Assembly (NCBI GenBank): GCA_903813345.2
Contig: CAIIXF020000001.1
Location: 24,738,001 to 24,802,000 of the forward strand
Direction: 5' to 3'
From: Owenia fusiformis
Taxonomy: Eukaryota
DNA length: 64,000 nt
Shown here: one piece after another, positions 25,499 through 38,200 of the stretch
Layout of the letters: each line of letters begins with the position of its first letter
Numbering within the stretch: the first letter of the stretch is position 1
Program-made: the position numbers and the translations under genes
Notes under the pieces: model-generated
What the model was told of the DNA's origin: nothing
Seen by the model: only the letters and a program-made list of their open reading frames with translations
The model's database searches: none

Positions 25499-26176
25499 CC
25501 CGGGTTTTAATTACATTTTATGTATAGACTTTTTTGCCTCTATTCTCATTTTTAAACCTGTTTCTGTTTGCTTATTTAACAATTGTGATAAATTATTCAG
25601 TTAGTGTCGAAACCAAAACAATTTTCTACATTATAGTCCCCTCCTCTTGCACTGACTAAATATTAAAATAAGCTAGTCTGATTGCGAATTTACAAATCCT
25701 GTAAAAGTAGCTTCAAACCGCCTTTTAATCAGAGAAAACAATAAGTTAATTCATCTGATTGCGAAAATACGAATCAATCTGATTATCTGATCTCCATGCT
25801 ATTTGATTCGTGCATTATCTACAAGTCAGTCGGGCAAGGGTGAAATTATTTCATTGAAAACAGAAATAAATATCAGAATCCCTCTAGCATAACTATTCGG
25901 AAGAAATTCATACAAAAAATAAGGTACACAACTGATGAAGGGTCGCAATGCACACACCCCTCTCCTCCTCCTCCGTGTTTGCCCACACACGACCATATTT
26001 GACAATTTTTCTAAAAGCGTTTTCCCCGGGAATATAGGTGTAGCGGTTCCCAGAAGTCGCACAGCTTGGGAGTCAGGGTATCCTGATCCATGCCTCAACG
26101 CCTGACGGGTCTGATATTTAGAGGGGGCGCAAGAATTATTAGGGGGCGGGGTAAACGTGAAAGTTGCCAAAATATC

Positions 26177-26222
26177 CATAGGCGTAGCCAGGAGGGGGGG
26201 GGGGGGGTGCGATGGGTGCGAT
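26177..26222 (+). mobile_element. Probable MITE terminus CATAGGCGTAGCCAGG-Gn-TGCGATG (copy 2)
   Basis: Direct-orientation copy of the 23219 motif; GC-rich island in an AT-rich intron. Confidence 0.5.
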
Positions 26223-27680
26223 AACAATAAGCTTTATATATGCTTTAATGTTTTATTTATCATGATGCTTTTATGTAGGCTATTAATTACAGTTCTTTTT
26301 GCAATATAAAACTGGTATGTTTATGCAAATTCCGATTGGACTAATATAAAAGGATATTGTTTCATTATGTGGACTTGAGAAAGTCCGACATACTCATTGC
26401 TTTCAACCCAAAACTTAAAATAGGAAGTTATCAAGATCCCAAGAACACGATCGCTACTTAAACAATACGTTTGTAAAATCCCGGCGATCGAAATGCAATC
26501 AAACTTTTGCAATCAGGTGCCTAATTAGTCTTTTGATCTCTAAAGTTTTACGACTGAACGTTTCAATGAACTCGTGAGAAGCAAACGCAATCATCATATA
26601 AACATTTTTCTAGTAAATCTAAAATAGAGTAAAACCCAGGGAAAAAGATCGCGTGTTCATAGGAATTAGGCATATTTCAATTTTGAAATAACAAAAGTCA
26701 GTCTCGGAAGAATTTTCCAAGCATTCCCTGCTTCGATGCGTTTTTATTGCAAGGGCCGTTTAGCGCCGATATGAATTCATTATAGGGCATTAGGGTTGTG
26801 CTTTATTTGTTTTATTTATATAAATGTTATAAAATGTGTACGACACTTTAATGAATTATTTTTAGGGTTACAATGCATATTTGACTTTTCCCTCTAAACG
26901 TTTAAAATTCATCTTTTCTTAGTTTGCTTCAATAAGATTAACATTGGATCCCAGACAGTTATCAAATTCTCAGACATTTGATTAATATAGATATTTGTAC
27001 TTCCTTTGACCAGTGGTGCTGGTGTGACTGAGATTCGAATCTAATCTGTTTCATTTTTATGTAAATTGAGAGGAATAAAGTTTTATTTTCAGCGTTTTAA
27101 CAATCTTAACGTTTGGCGTGCAGCTCAACTTAATACACAATCAAAGGTCAGAATACAGAAATAAGAACATGCCTTTTATTTGTTATTCAATCTCGAGCAA
27201 TATCCCCGTTATAAAACCAAAATAACTGCGGTTAGGTACCATATCTTGATTACGGTAAAGACAGGCCATCTCATTCTGGTATGCCAGAGCCACTCTTATC
27301 TGCCGATTGTGGAAGGATAAAGACAAAGGGGTCGCGGCTATCGCGATGAGGCCATCTTATTTCTAGGAATTATTTCTGACTCTCATTCCTTAAACCGGCT
27401 TCATTAAACAGTGCCAAAATATATAAGTCGGAGCCAAAAACAAGACTATTTTTATATTTAAATCCCCTCACCTTGTCAATGTCTATGTCTGCATCTGGTT
27501 TTATACAGATATATACACATAGATTACTTACTGGCCATGGACAGGGGGGGGGGGCACAGAAACGAACATTCTGATGTCATAAGGGATACTTGGGGAAGGG
27601 GGAGAGGTGGTGGTGAATAGTAAAGTCCGGGAGTGAAGTTAATGGGTACTGAAATCTTTCTTTTGATATTGAGTGCTTGA

Positions 27681-27960
27681 ATGGAGACTTGTTTCCACTC
27701 CCCGCATTCTAGTAGAATTTAAATATTTGATCCAAAGGAGTTATTTTAAATCAAACTTGCATTCCGATTAATTAACACTCCAATGATTGTACCGCTTCAC
27801 TATTGTCTAAGATAATTATAATGAATTCACGGGACACTATAAAAAAATAGTCTTCCTTTTAAACTTTAGTGGTTGGATGGAGACTTGTTTCCACAGCCCG
27901 TACACTAGTAAATTTGTAAATTTTAAATATTTGATTTAGGGAGGTATTTGCAATCCAACT
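27681..27960. repeat. Short imperfect direct repeat (~80 bp, two copies)
   Basis: atggagacttgtttccac...ctagta...attttaaatatttgat at ~27681 and ~27877. Confidence 0.65.
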
Positions 27961-29421
27961 CTGATGGTGCAAGACTAGTCAGCCAAGACTAAATTATGAA
28001 GTTATTATCATTTAGACTATTGAGTTCATTAAATTATAATTCCATAGATATCATATTTAATCCTGTCAACACAATAATGGTATTAATTGGCATGATATGT
28101 AGTCAGAGACGGTTTAAAAAGTTGTTTAGTATAGATAGTATTAGGAAAAATCCCAACTCAAAGTTTTTGTTCTCTCGCAATCCAGAGCAAACCACTCGCC
28201 GGGCATAAAAACATGAAGTTTTCACCATGTTGAGCAGTTTTGAAAATTGTCCAATTTGAACCATTGCCTTGTATATTTCTGTAACTGCCCCCCCCCCCTT
28301 GACACTCGAGTGTAAAAATCCTTTCCACACTGTCAATGGTTTTACAAAATCACTGACTGCGATTTGTACGATTGAACATTATACACTTATCATAGATTCG
28401 TAAAGAATAGTTTTAAAATAAACAGCTTGTTTTATGTTATGATTGGAGTGATGTATGCATAGAAGAATGACACTGGTTTTGAAATATCTTAATTATCCCA
28501 TTGAATGAAGCCATCCGTCCCTCTGTCCATTCTTAACTCATACTAGTGGACTGATTTGATTTAAAGGTGAAATGTCTCGGTGTAGAACGTGTACACACTA
28601 ATGGGAACGAATTTTACTCATTTCTATTTAGGATTCGTTCATATACGTGTAGCGGGGCTTTAGAGCATTTACAAACGCACGAATTGTATTGTTTTAAGGC
28701 AACTTTTATGACATATAATGTATTTAAAGCTGATTAATTTTAGATTATATTCGGTTCAATTTTACAAATAATGAATAGTATTACAGTATATCAAAAAATA
28801 TACAATGATTTACATTAAATTGCTCAGACTGCAAACAATGTACATGGTTGGCGAATTTGCATGCGCGTTCTTGATAATAAGAATTAAAGGTTGAACTTAA
28901 AAATCAAACATTTTCTTTTTTAAACATAATAAATCTTTAAATCAAGAAAATAAAAATAAGATTGATGATTGAGCTTTTCAGAGTCAACTGCGACTGTGTC
29001 GACGCATGTTTATTTACTTAGCTAATTGTAAAATTGTTAATGGCCGCAACGGATAATACGTACATCTAAGCTGTTCGGATAAGACATTTCTATATGATTA
29101 ATAACAAATCCCGGGCAGAATGTTATTCAACAGTAACTGATCTTATTATTTATTATTCAATTTGGATAATAAATCTATTATCTCGTCGTATTGATGTTTA
29201 TTATATAGTGTTTCTCGTTGTGACGTTTGTTTGTTTCAAAATAGTTTTGAAAACATTAACTTCTGATAATTGAAGGATTTCCACTTCTGAAGGGCGTCAA
29301 GCTACATTTAGATCTATGAAGTTCATTAATAAAGACAGTGTAATTTTTTTTAGATATGTAATACTGTACGTGTTTGATTAGATACTTTACATATTGAGCT
29401 TATTAGGTTAATTAAAGGGGC

Positions 29422-30466
29422 AACAAGGGCTGAAGATAGAAAATTCGAAAATTCTTACTTTTTCTGAGCAAAATGGCCGCCAAATTGAAAAATTCAAAAT
29501 GGCCACCATGTAATTCAGCAAGCATACCCAAAACCTAATCAGATCTTGGCAATAGTCTGCTCTTGCATCTGTAAAAATTTCAAGTTGAACGGATAAGTAG
29601 TTTTCCTGGAATTTTGATGACAAAATTTGTTGAAAAATTCAAAATGGCCGTCACGTAGTTTACCCAGCATGCCCTAAACCTAATCAGATCTTAGCACCAG
29701 TCTGCTATTGCATGTGTAAAAATTTCAAGTTGAACAGGTTAGCGGTTTTCTTGGAATTTTGATGACAAGAATTGATTTGTAGTCTCAAACTTTGAGAAAC
29801 TTGGATAACATCATTTGTGACCTAATTTAATGACCTTGACCTTCGACCTTGAAAATTTCACTTTTTCAGACCTCAGTAGGTGTTTTGTAATTAAGCTGAC
29901 CTAAATTTAAATCCAAAATATCAATTTAGAAAATCAACTTTTTGATCTTTTCAAGGTCACTGAAGGTGAACGAAAGGTCAAATCTGAAATCTAAGGTCAG
30001 ATTTGAACTTCTGAGAACTTGTAAATGTTTTTTAAAAAAAAAATTGGTCAATTTGGAGCAAGTTGAAAAATTCAAAATGGCCGCCAAATTGAAAAATTCA
30101 AAATGGCCACCATGTAATTCAGCCAGTATACCCAAAACCTATTCAGATCTTGGCAATAGTCTGCTCTTGCATCTGTAGAAATTTCAAATTGAACGGATAA
30201 GTGGTTTTCTTAAAATTTTGATGACAAGATTTGTTGAAAAATTCAAAATGGCCGCCACGTAGTTTACCCAGCATGCCCTTACCTAATCAGATCTTGGTAC
30301 TAGTCTGCTCTTGCATCTGTAAAAATTTCAAGTTGAACAGGTAAGCAGTTATCCTGGAAATTTGATGAAAAGATTTGGTTTATGTGCCGCCCGCCCGCAC
30401 ACCCGGCCGCCCGCCCAACAGCACAAGACGACGACAGTATAGCACTTTTTCAAAGTGCGATAAAAA
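29422..30466 (+). mobile_element. Non-autonomous Helentron/HINE(DINE-1)-like element with internal sub-repeats
   Basis: Starts AACAAG; a ~300-bp block is duplicated at 29471 and 30075; sub-repeats aaaaattcaaaatggcc...cctaatcagatctt...aaaatttcaagttgaac; central tgacctt/aaggtca motifs; GCCC microsatellite (~30386-30416); 3' hairpin tatagcac-tttttcaaa-gtgcgata followed by an A-run. Class inferred from architecture. Confidence 0.65.
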
Positions 30467-31437
30467 CTTCGTTCATTGCAAAAACATTGACATTTGCGTG
30501 TTTGTGACGCAGCGCCTTTTTGTTAGATCTTATATCTAGAAGCCCATCAGTTCAAAATTACCCTAGAAGACCTAACATATTTCCCCATGCCGTTTGTCTA
30601 AGCGATTCAATTGTAAACTTTCTCTTAATAAAACTTCCATATTTGTTTATTTTTCTAGTGAAAATCAGCTACACCCCCTCCGTTCGATTCTTCCGATCAC
30701 CGAGCGTGATTGTGGTATAACCACGATCTAGCTAGGTTTTAGGATTAAAATCTTTTTTTCTTTCACACAAGACTGATTGTAATGAATGTGATACCGAACC
30801 AAGAACTTGATAACCACAATTACACGCGTGTACCCATGCTGAATGCCTATAAATAAAGCTATTTAAGCGAAGATCATTCTGAATAGACTAGATGCGAGAA
30901 GAAATAATAATGATTTACATCATCAAATATTCAAATTTCAGTCAAAGTGATGTCATATTTGAAATCTACATGTAAAACTAGATCTAATAATATGGTTTCG
31001 AAAATTGTTTCTCAACTTTGAAATTTCTTTTTCTTTGAAAATGTGACTTCTAGTTCGGGTTAATTCCCCATAGACCGCATGTTACAAAATCACAAAAAGT
31101 GAAATATCTTTTCTTGTAATGGACAGATACTATTTTCTTTTACTGGACATATTTTTATTTGCATAACTATCAGATACATATAAGGGTTATATAAAAGTTG
31201 AACCACTAAAACAGATGTAATTCAAGTAACGGACGTTTTTTTCTCTGACCTGAAATTTGGGCCCCCCCCCCCCCTTGTTGGTTCCCAGATCCGCCCCTGT
31301 ATATGGTCCTACATGTACGCCTTATGGGCTCTTATGTGTATGGATCTATCACGTGACATTCAAGATGACATTTCTATATAAGCCTTATCTATCGCATGGA
31401 CACCACGTGACCCAATACCAATCAAATAAAAACCAAA

Positions 31438-31700
31438 ATTTTATCTTGACCTTTGGATGAGATTTTATAAAAAAATATTCATGAAAAATATCATCTTGTT
31501 AGAATTTGCACTGAAATTTTATCGTTTTATCTTGACCCTTGGATGGAATTGTATGAGAATAAATTATAAAAACCCGTCTTCATGTAAGGATTTTCACTTA
31601 AATTTGCTCGTTGTATCTTGTCCCTTGGATTGGATTTTATGAAAAAATATCATCATGTTAGGTATTGTTTTTCACGTTTCATCTTAACACTTTGATAAAA
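31438..31700. repeat. Degenerate ~80-88-bp tandem repeat, 3-4 copies
   Basis: tttatcttgacc.ttggatg near 31440 and 31527, tatcttgtcccttggatt near 31614; atgaaaaa(a)tatcatc.tgttag at 31481 and 31639. Confidence 0.65.
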
Positions 31701-32131
31701 TTTCATCGCAAATGAACTTTAAAAATATATATAACTCTTAAATAGGACTTTAATTCATGATCAATGTTTTATCAAAATGTATACTAGGTAGGATTCGCAC
31801 TCTAATTCGCTAATAAAATATCAACCCTAAGGTGGGGTTTCGTTAAAAAGAAAATATGTCGTGTCCAGAATCAAATAATTTGTCCAAAACCTTTAACGAT
31901 CCTGTTTATTGATTCACTGGCTTTGCGTTCACTACGTTGTGAAAAATATCACAATCTTAAACTCTCTATTGCTTGCGAAATACGGTGGTAACCAAGATAC
32001 AATGGCGTCAATATTCTTTTATAGGTACAAGTCAAACCGAACATTACGAAATTTTAGAATTAGATAAACGTATCTATTGTTTTCTATAACAATTCTACAG
32101 ATGTATGAGTGACATAAATGATATGTTACAG

Positions 32132-32268
32132 ATGTTGACGAATGTATTGAAAGCATCGATACCTGTTCACCATATGCAACATGTAGCAATACAGATGGTG
32201 GATACATATGTACCTGCCTGGATGGATACATAGACACATCGCAAGGAGGATATACAGGACGAGTTTGC
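32132..32268 (+). other. Calcium-binding EGF-like domain: DVDECIESIDTCSPYATCSNTDGGYICTCLDGYIDTSQGGYTGRVC
   Basis: Six Cys in EGF spacing, N-terminal D-x-D-E-C, the C-x-N-x-x-G-x-Y-x-C-x-C Asn-hydroxylation consensus, and a preceding phase-1 intron as is typical for EGF modules. Confidence 0.95.
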
Positions 32269-35200
32269 AAAGATGATGCCGCGACAACAGTGGTTGATCC
32301 AACTCGAGTTGATTCTTCAACAACAGCTGATACTGCAACAACTAAGGTCATCACTTTAACTACAGTGGCTGACACAACTACAGGTGATGTTACAACAACT
32401 GTAGCTGAGACAACTAAAGTGGTTGGCATGACTACAGCTGATGCTACAGAAGCAGTTTCTGATGGAACAACGGCTGATGTTTCAACAACAGTTGCTGACA
32501 TATCTACAGTGGTTGACGCAAGTACTGCAGATACTTCAGCAGATGATGCTTCAACTACAGTGGCTGACACAACTACAGATGATGCTACAACAACAGTTGC
32601 TGATGCAAGTACGGCTGATGTTACAACAACAGTAGCTAACACAACTACAGCAGCTGTTGCTAAAAGTACAGTGGCTGACACAACTACAGCTGATGCTACT
32701 ACAACAGTTCCTGATGCAACAAAGGCTGATGTTACAACAACAGTAGCCGACACAACTACAGTGGCTGACGCAACTACGGCAGATACTACAGCAGCTGATG
32801 CTACAACTACAGTGGCTGACAGAACTACAGCTGATGCTACAACAACAGTTGCTGATGCAACAACTGCTGATGTTACAACAACAGTTGCTGACATATCTAC
32901 AGTGGTTGACGCAAGTACTGCATATACTGCAGCAGATGATGCTTCAACTACAGTGGCTGACACAACTACAGATGATGCTACAACAACAGTTGCTGATGCA
33001 AGTACGGCTGATGTTACAACAACAGTAGCTAACACAACTAAAGTGGCTGACGCAACTACGGCAGATTCTACAGCAGCTGATACTACAACTATATTGCCTG
33101 ATACAACTACAGCTGATGCTACAACAACATTTGCTGATGCAAAAACGGCTGATGTTACAACAACAGTTGCATACACAACTACAGTGGCTGACACAACTAC
33201 GGCAGATTTTACAGCAGCTGATGCTACAACTACAGTGGCTGACAGAACTACAGCTGATGTTACAACAATAGTTGCTGACACAAAAACGGTTAATGTTAGA
33301 ACAACAGCTGCTGACACATTGAAATTGGCTGGCGCAATTACGGCAGATACTACATCAGCTGATGCTACAACTACAGTTGCTGATGCAAGAACGGCTGATG
33401 TTAAAACAACAGTAGCTGACACAACTACAGCGGCTGAAACAACTACTGCTGATGCTACAACAACAGATGCTGATGCAACAACGGCTGATGTTACAACAAC
33501 AGTTGCTGTTACAACTACAGTGACTGACGCAACTACGGCAGATACTACAGCAGCTGATGGTCTAACTACAGTGGCTGACACAACTATAGCTGATGCTACA
33601 ACAACAATTACTGATGCAACAACAGATGATGTTACAACAACAGTTGCTGACACAACTAAAGTGACTGACGCATCAACGGCAAATACTACAGCAGCTGGAG
33701 CTCTAACTACAGTGGCTGACACAACTACAGCTGATGCTACAACAACAGTTGCTGATGTAACTATAGTGGCTGACGCAACTACGGCAGACACTACAGCAAC
33801 TGATGCTACAAGTACAGTGGCTGACACAAATACAGCTGATACTACAACAACAGTTGCTGATGCAACAACGGCTGATGATACAACAACAGTTGCTGACACA
33901 ACTACAGTGGCTGAGACAACTACGGCAGATACTACAGCAGCTGATGCTACAAGTAATGTGGGTGACACAACTACAGCTGATGTTACAACAACAGTTGCTG
34001 ATGCAACAATGGCTGATGTTACAACAACAGTTGCTGACACAACTACAGTGGCTGACGCAACTACGGCAGATACTACAGCAGCTGATGCTACAACTACAGT
34101 GGCTGACACAAATACAGCTGATGCTACATCTACAGTTGCTGATGCAACAACGGCTGATGTTACAACAACAGTAGCTGACACAACTACAGTGGCTGAGACA
34201 ACTACGGCAGATACTACAACAGCTGATGCTACAACTACAGTGACTGACACAATTACAGCTGATGCTTCAACAACAGTTGCTGATGCAACAACGGCTGATG
34301 TTACAACAACAGTAGCTGACACAACTACAGTGGCTGACGCAACTACGGCAGATACTACAGCAGTTGATGCTACAAGTACAGTGGCAGACACAACTGCAGC
34401 TGATGCTACAACAACAGTTGCTGATGCAACATCGGCTGATGTTACAACAACAGTTGCTGACACAACTACGGTGGCTGACGCAACTACGGCAGATACTACA
34501 GTAGCTGATGCTACAAGTACAATGGCTGACACAAATACATCTGATGCTACAACAACAGTTGCTGATGCAACAACGGCTGATGTTACAACAACAGTAGCTG
34601 ACACAACTACAGTGTCTGACGCAACTACGGCAGATACTACAGCAGCTGATGCTACAAGTACAGTGGGTGACACAACTACAGCTGATGTTACAACAACAGT
34701 TGCTGATGCAACAATGGCTGATGTTACAACAACTACAGTTGATGCTGCAACAACAGTTGCTGATGCAACAACGGCTGATTTTACAACAACAGTTGCTGAC
34801 ACAACTACAGTGGCTGACACAACTACGGCAGATACTACAGCAGCTGTTGCTAAAAGTACAGTGGTTGACACAACTACAGCTGATGCTACTACAACAGTTC
34901 CTGATGCAACAAAGGCTGATGTTACAACAACAGTAGCCGACACAACTACAGTGGCTGACGCAACTACGGCAGATACTACAGCAGCTGATGCTACAACTAC
35001 AGTGGCTGACAGAACTACAGCTGATGCTACAACAACAGTTGCTGATGCAACAACTGCTGATGTTACAACAACAGTTGCTGACACAACTACAGTTGCTGGC
35101 GCGACTACGGCAGATACTACAGCAGCTGATGCTACAAGTACAGTGGCTGACACAACTACAGCTGATGCTACAAAAACAGTTGCTGATGCAACAATGGCTG

Positions 35201-38200
35201 ATGTTACAACAACAGTAGCTGAGACAACTACAGTGGCTGACGCACCTACGACAGATACTACAGCAGCTGATGCGACAAGTACAGTGGCTGACACAATTAC
35301 AGCTGATGTTACAACAACAGTTGCTGATGCAACAACGGCTGATGTTCCAACAACAGTAGCTGACACAACTACAGTGGTTGACGCAACTACGGCAGATACT
35401 ACAGCAGCTAATGCTACAAGTAATGTGGCTGACACAACTACAGCTGATGTTACAACAACAGTAGCTGAAACAACTACTGTGGCTGACGCAACTACGGCAG
35501 ATACTACAGCAGCTGATGCTCCAACTACAGTGGCTGACACAACTACAGCTGATGCTACAAAAACAGTTGCTGATGCAACAACGGCTGATGTTCCAACAAC
35601 AGTAGCTGACACAACTAGAGTGGTTGACGCAACTACGGCAGATACTACAGCAGCTAATGCTACAAGTAATGTGGCTGACACAACTACAGCTGATGTTACA
35701 ACACTAGTTACTGATGCAACAACGGCTGATGTTACAACAACAGTAGCTGAAACAACTACTGTGGCTGACGCAACTACGGCAGATACTACAGCAGCTGATG
35801 CTACAACTACAGTGGCTGACACAATTACAGCTGATGCTACAACAACAGTTGCTGGTCCAATAACTGCTGATGCTACAACTACAGTGACTGAGACAATTAC
35901 AGCTGATGCTACAACAACATTTGCTGATGCAACAACGGCTGATGTTACAACAACAGTAGCTGACACAACTACAGTGGCTGAAGCAACTACGGCAGATACT
36001 ACAGCAGATGATGCTACAACAACAGTGGCTGACACAACTACGGCAGATAATACAGCAGCTGATGCTACAAGTAATGTGGCTGACACAACTACAGCTAATG
36101 TTACAACACCAGTTGCTGATGCAACAACGACTGATGTTACAACAACAGTAGCTGACACAATTACAGTGGCTGACGCAACTACGGCAGATACTACAGCAGT
36201 TGATGCTACAACTACAGTGGATGACACAACTACAGCTGATGCTACAACAACAGTTGCTGATGCAACTATAGTGGGTGACGCAACTAAGGCAGATACTACA
36301 TTAGCTGATGCTACAAGTACAGTGGCTGACACAACTACAGATGATGCTACAACAACAGTTGCTGGTCCAACAACTGCTGATGCTACAACAACAGTAGCTG
36401 ACACAACTACAGTGGCTGACGCAACTACGGCAGATACTACAGCAGCTGATGCTACAACTACAGTGACTGACACACCTACAGCTGATGTTACAACAACAGT
36501 TGCTGACACAACTACAGTGGCTGACGCAACTACGGCAGATACTACAGCAGCTGATGCTACAACTACAGTGGCTGACACAACTGCAGCTGATGTTACAACA
36601 ACAGTTGCTGATGCAACAACGGCTGATGTTACAACAACAGTAGCTGACACAACTACAGAGGCTGACGCAACTACGGCAGATACTACAGCAGCTGATGCTA
36701 CAAGTACAGTGGCTGACACAACTACAGCTGATGCTACAACAACAGTTGCTGATGCAACAGTGGCTGATGTTACAACAACGGTAGCTGACACAACTACAGT
36801 GGCTGACGCAACTACGGCAGATACTACAGCAGCTGATGCTACAAGTACAGTGGCTGACACAACTACAGCTGATGCTACAGCAACAGTTGCTGGTGCAACA
36901 ACGGCTGATGTTACAACAACAGTAGCTGACACAACTATAGTGGCTGACGCAACTACGGCAGATACTACAGCAGCTGATGCTACAACTACAGTGGCTGACA
37001 CAACTGCAGCTGATGCTACAACAACAGTTGCTGATGCAACAACGGCTGATGTTACAACAACAGTTGCTGACACAACTACAATGGCTGACGCAACTACGGC
37101 AGATACTACAGCAGCTGATGCTACATCTACAGTGGCTGACACAACTGCAGCTGATGCTACAACAACAGTTGCTGACACAACTACAGTGGCTGACACAACT
37201 ACGGCAGATACTACAGCAGCTGATGGTACAAGTACAGTGGCTGACACAACTACAGATGATGCTACAGCAACAGTTGCTGCTGCAACAACGGCTGATGTTA
37301 CAACAACTGTTGCTGACACAACTACAGTGGCTGACGCAAGTACGGCAGATACTACAGCAGCTGATGCTACAATTACAGTGGCTGACACAACTGCAGCTGA
37401 TGCTACAACAACAGTTGCTGACACAACTACAGTGGCTGACACAACTACGGCAGATACTACAGCAGCTGATGCTACAAGTACATTGGCTGACACAACAACA
37501 TCTGATGCTACAATTACAGTTGCTGATGCAACAACGGCTGATGTTACAACAACAGTTGCTGACACAACTACAGTGGCTGACGCAACTACGGCAGATACTA
37601 CAGCAGCTGATGCTACAAGTACAGAGGCTGACACAACTTCAGCTGATGTTACAGCAACAGGTGCTGATGCAACAACGGCTGATGTTACAACAACAGTAGC
37701 TGACATAACTACATTTTCTGACGCAACTACGGCAGATACCACAGCAGCTGATGCTACAAGTACAGAGGGTGACAAAACTTCAGCTGATGTTACAGCAGCA
37801 GGTGCTGATGCAACAACGGCTGATGTTACAACAACAGTAGCTGACATAACTACATTTTCTGACGCAACTACGGCAGATACTACAGCAGCTGATGCTACAA
37901 GTACAGTTGCTGACACACCTACAGCTGATGCTACAACAACAGTTGCTGATGCAACAACGGCTGATGTTACAAAAACAGTTGCTGACACAACTACAGTGGC
38001 TGATGCAACTACGGCAGATACTACAGCAGCTGATGCTACAACTACAGTGACTGACACAACTACAGCTGATGCTACAACAACAGTTGCTGACACAACTACA
38101 GTGGCTGACACAACTGCAGCTGATGCTACAACAACAGTTGCTGATGCAACAACGGCTGATGTTACAACAACAGTAGCTGACAAAACTACAGTGGCTGACG

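Larger units (their letters stand above)
20025..32131 (+). other. Intron 2 (~12.1 kb, phase 1, GT-AG), rich in transposon remnants
   Basis: GTAAAT at 20025 and gttacAG at 32131; G+AT rebuilds the Asp of DVDEC, giving TTIS-DVDEC. Small additional exons inside cannot be excluded. Confidence 0.8.

Noticed and set aside
23219-26222. The two CATAGGCGTAGCCAGG motifs as ends of one element or as LTRs
   Set aside because: Same orientation, similarity limited to ~45 bp, and no TSD or internal coding region.
31258-31299. C-run followed by GATCCGCCCCTG, resembling a MITE end
   Set aside because: No partner terminus found in the window; too short to call.
24130-31642. Short intronic ORFs (e.g. 24259-24510, 25826-26227, 29408-30178, 30520-30720)
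   Set aside because: No recognisable domains; they overlap palindromes, G/C runs or repeat elements, and I could not build phase-compatible exons from them.
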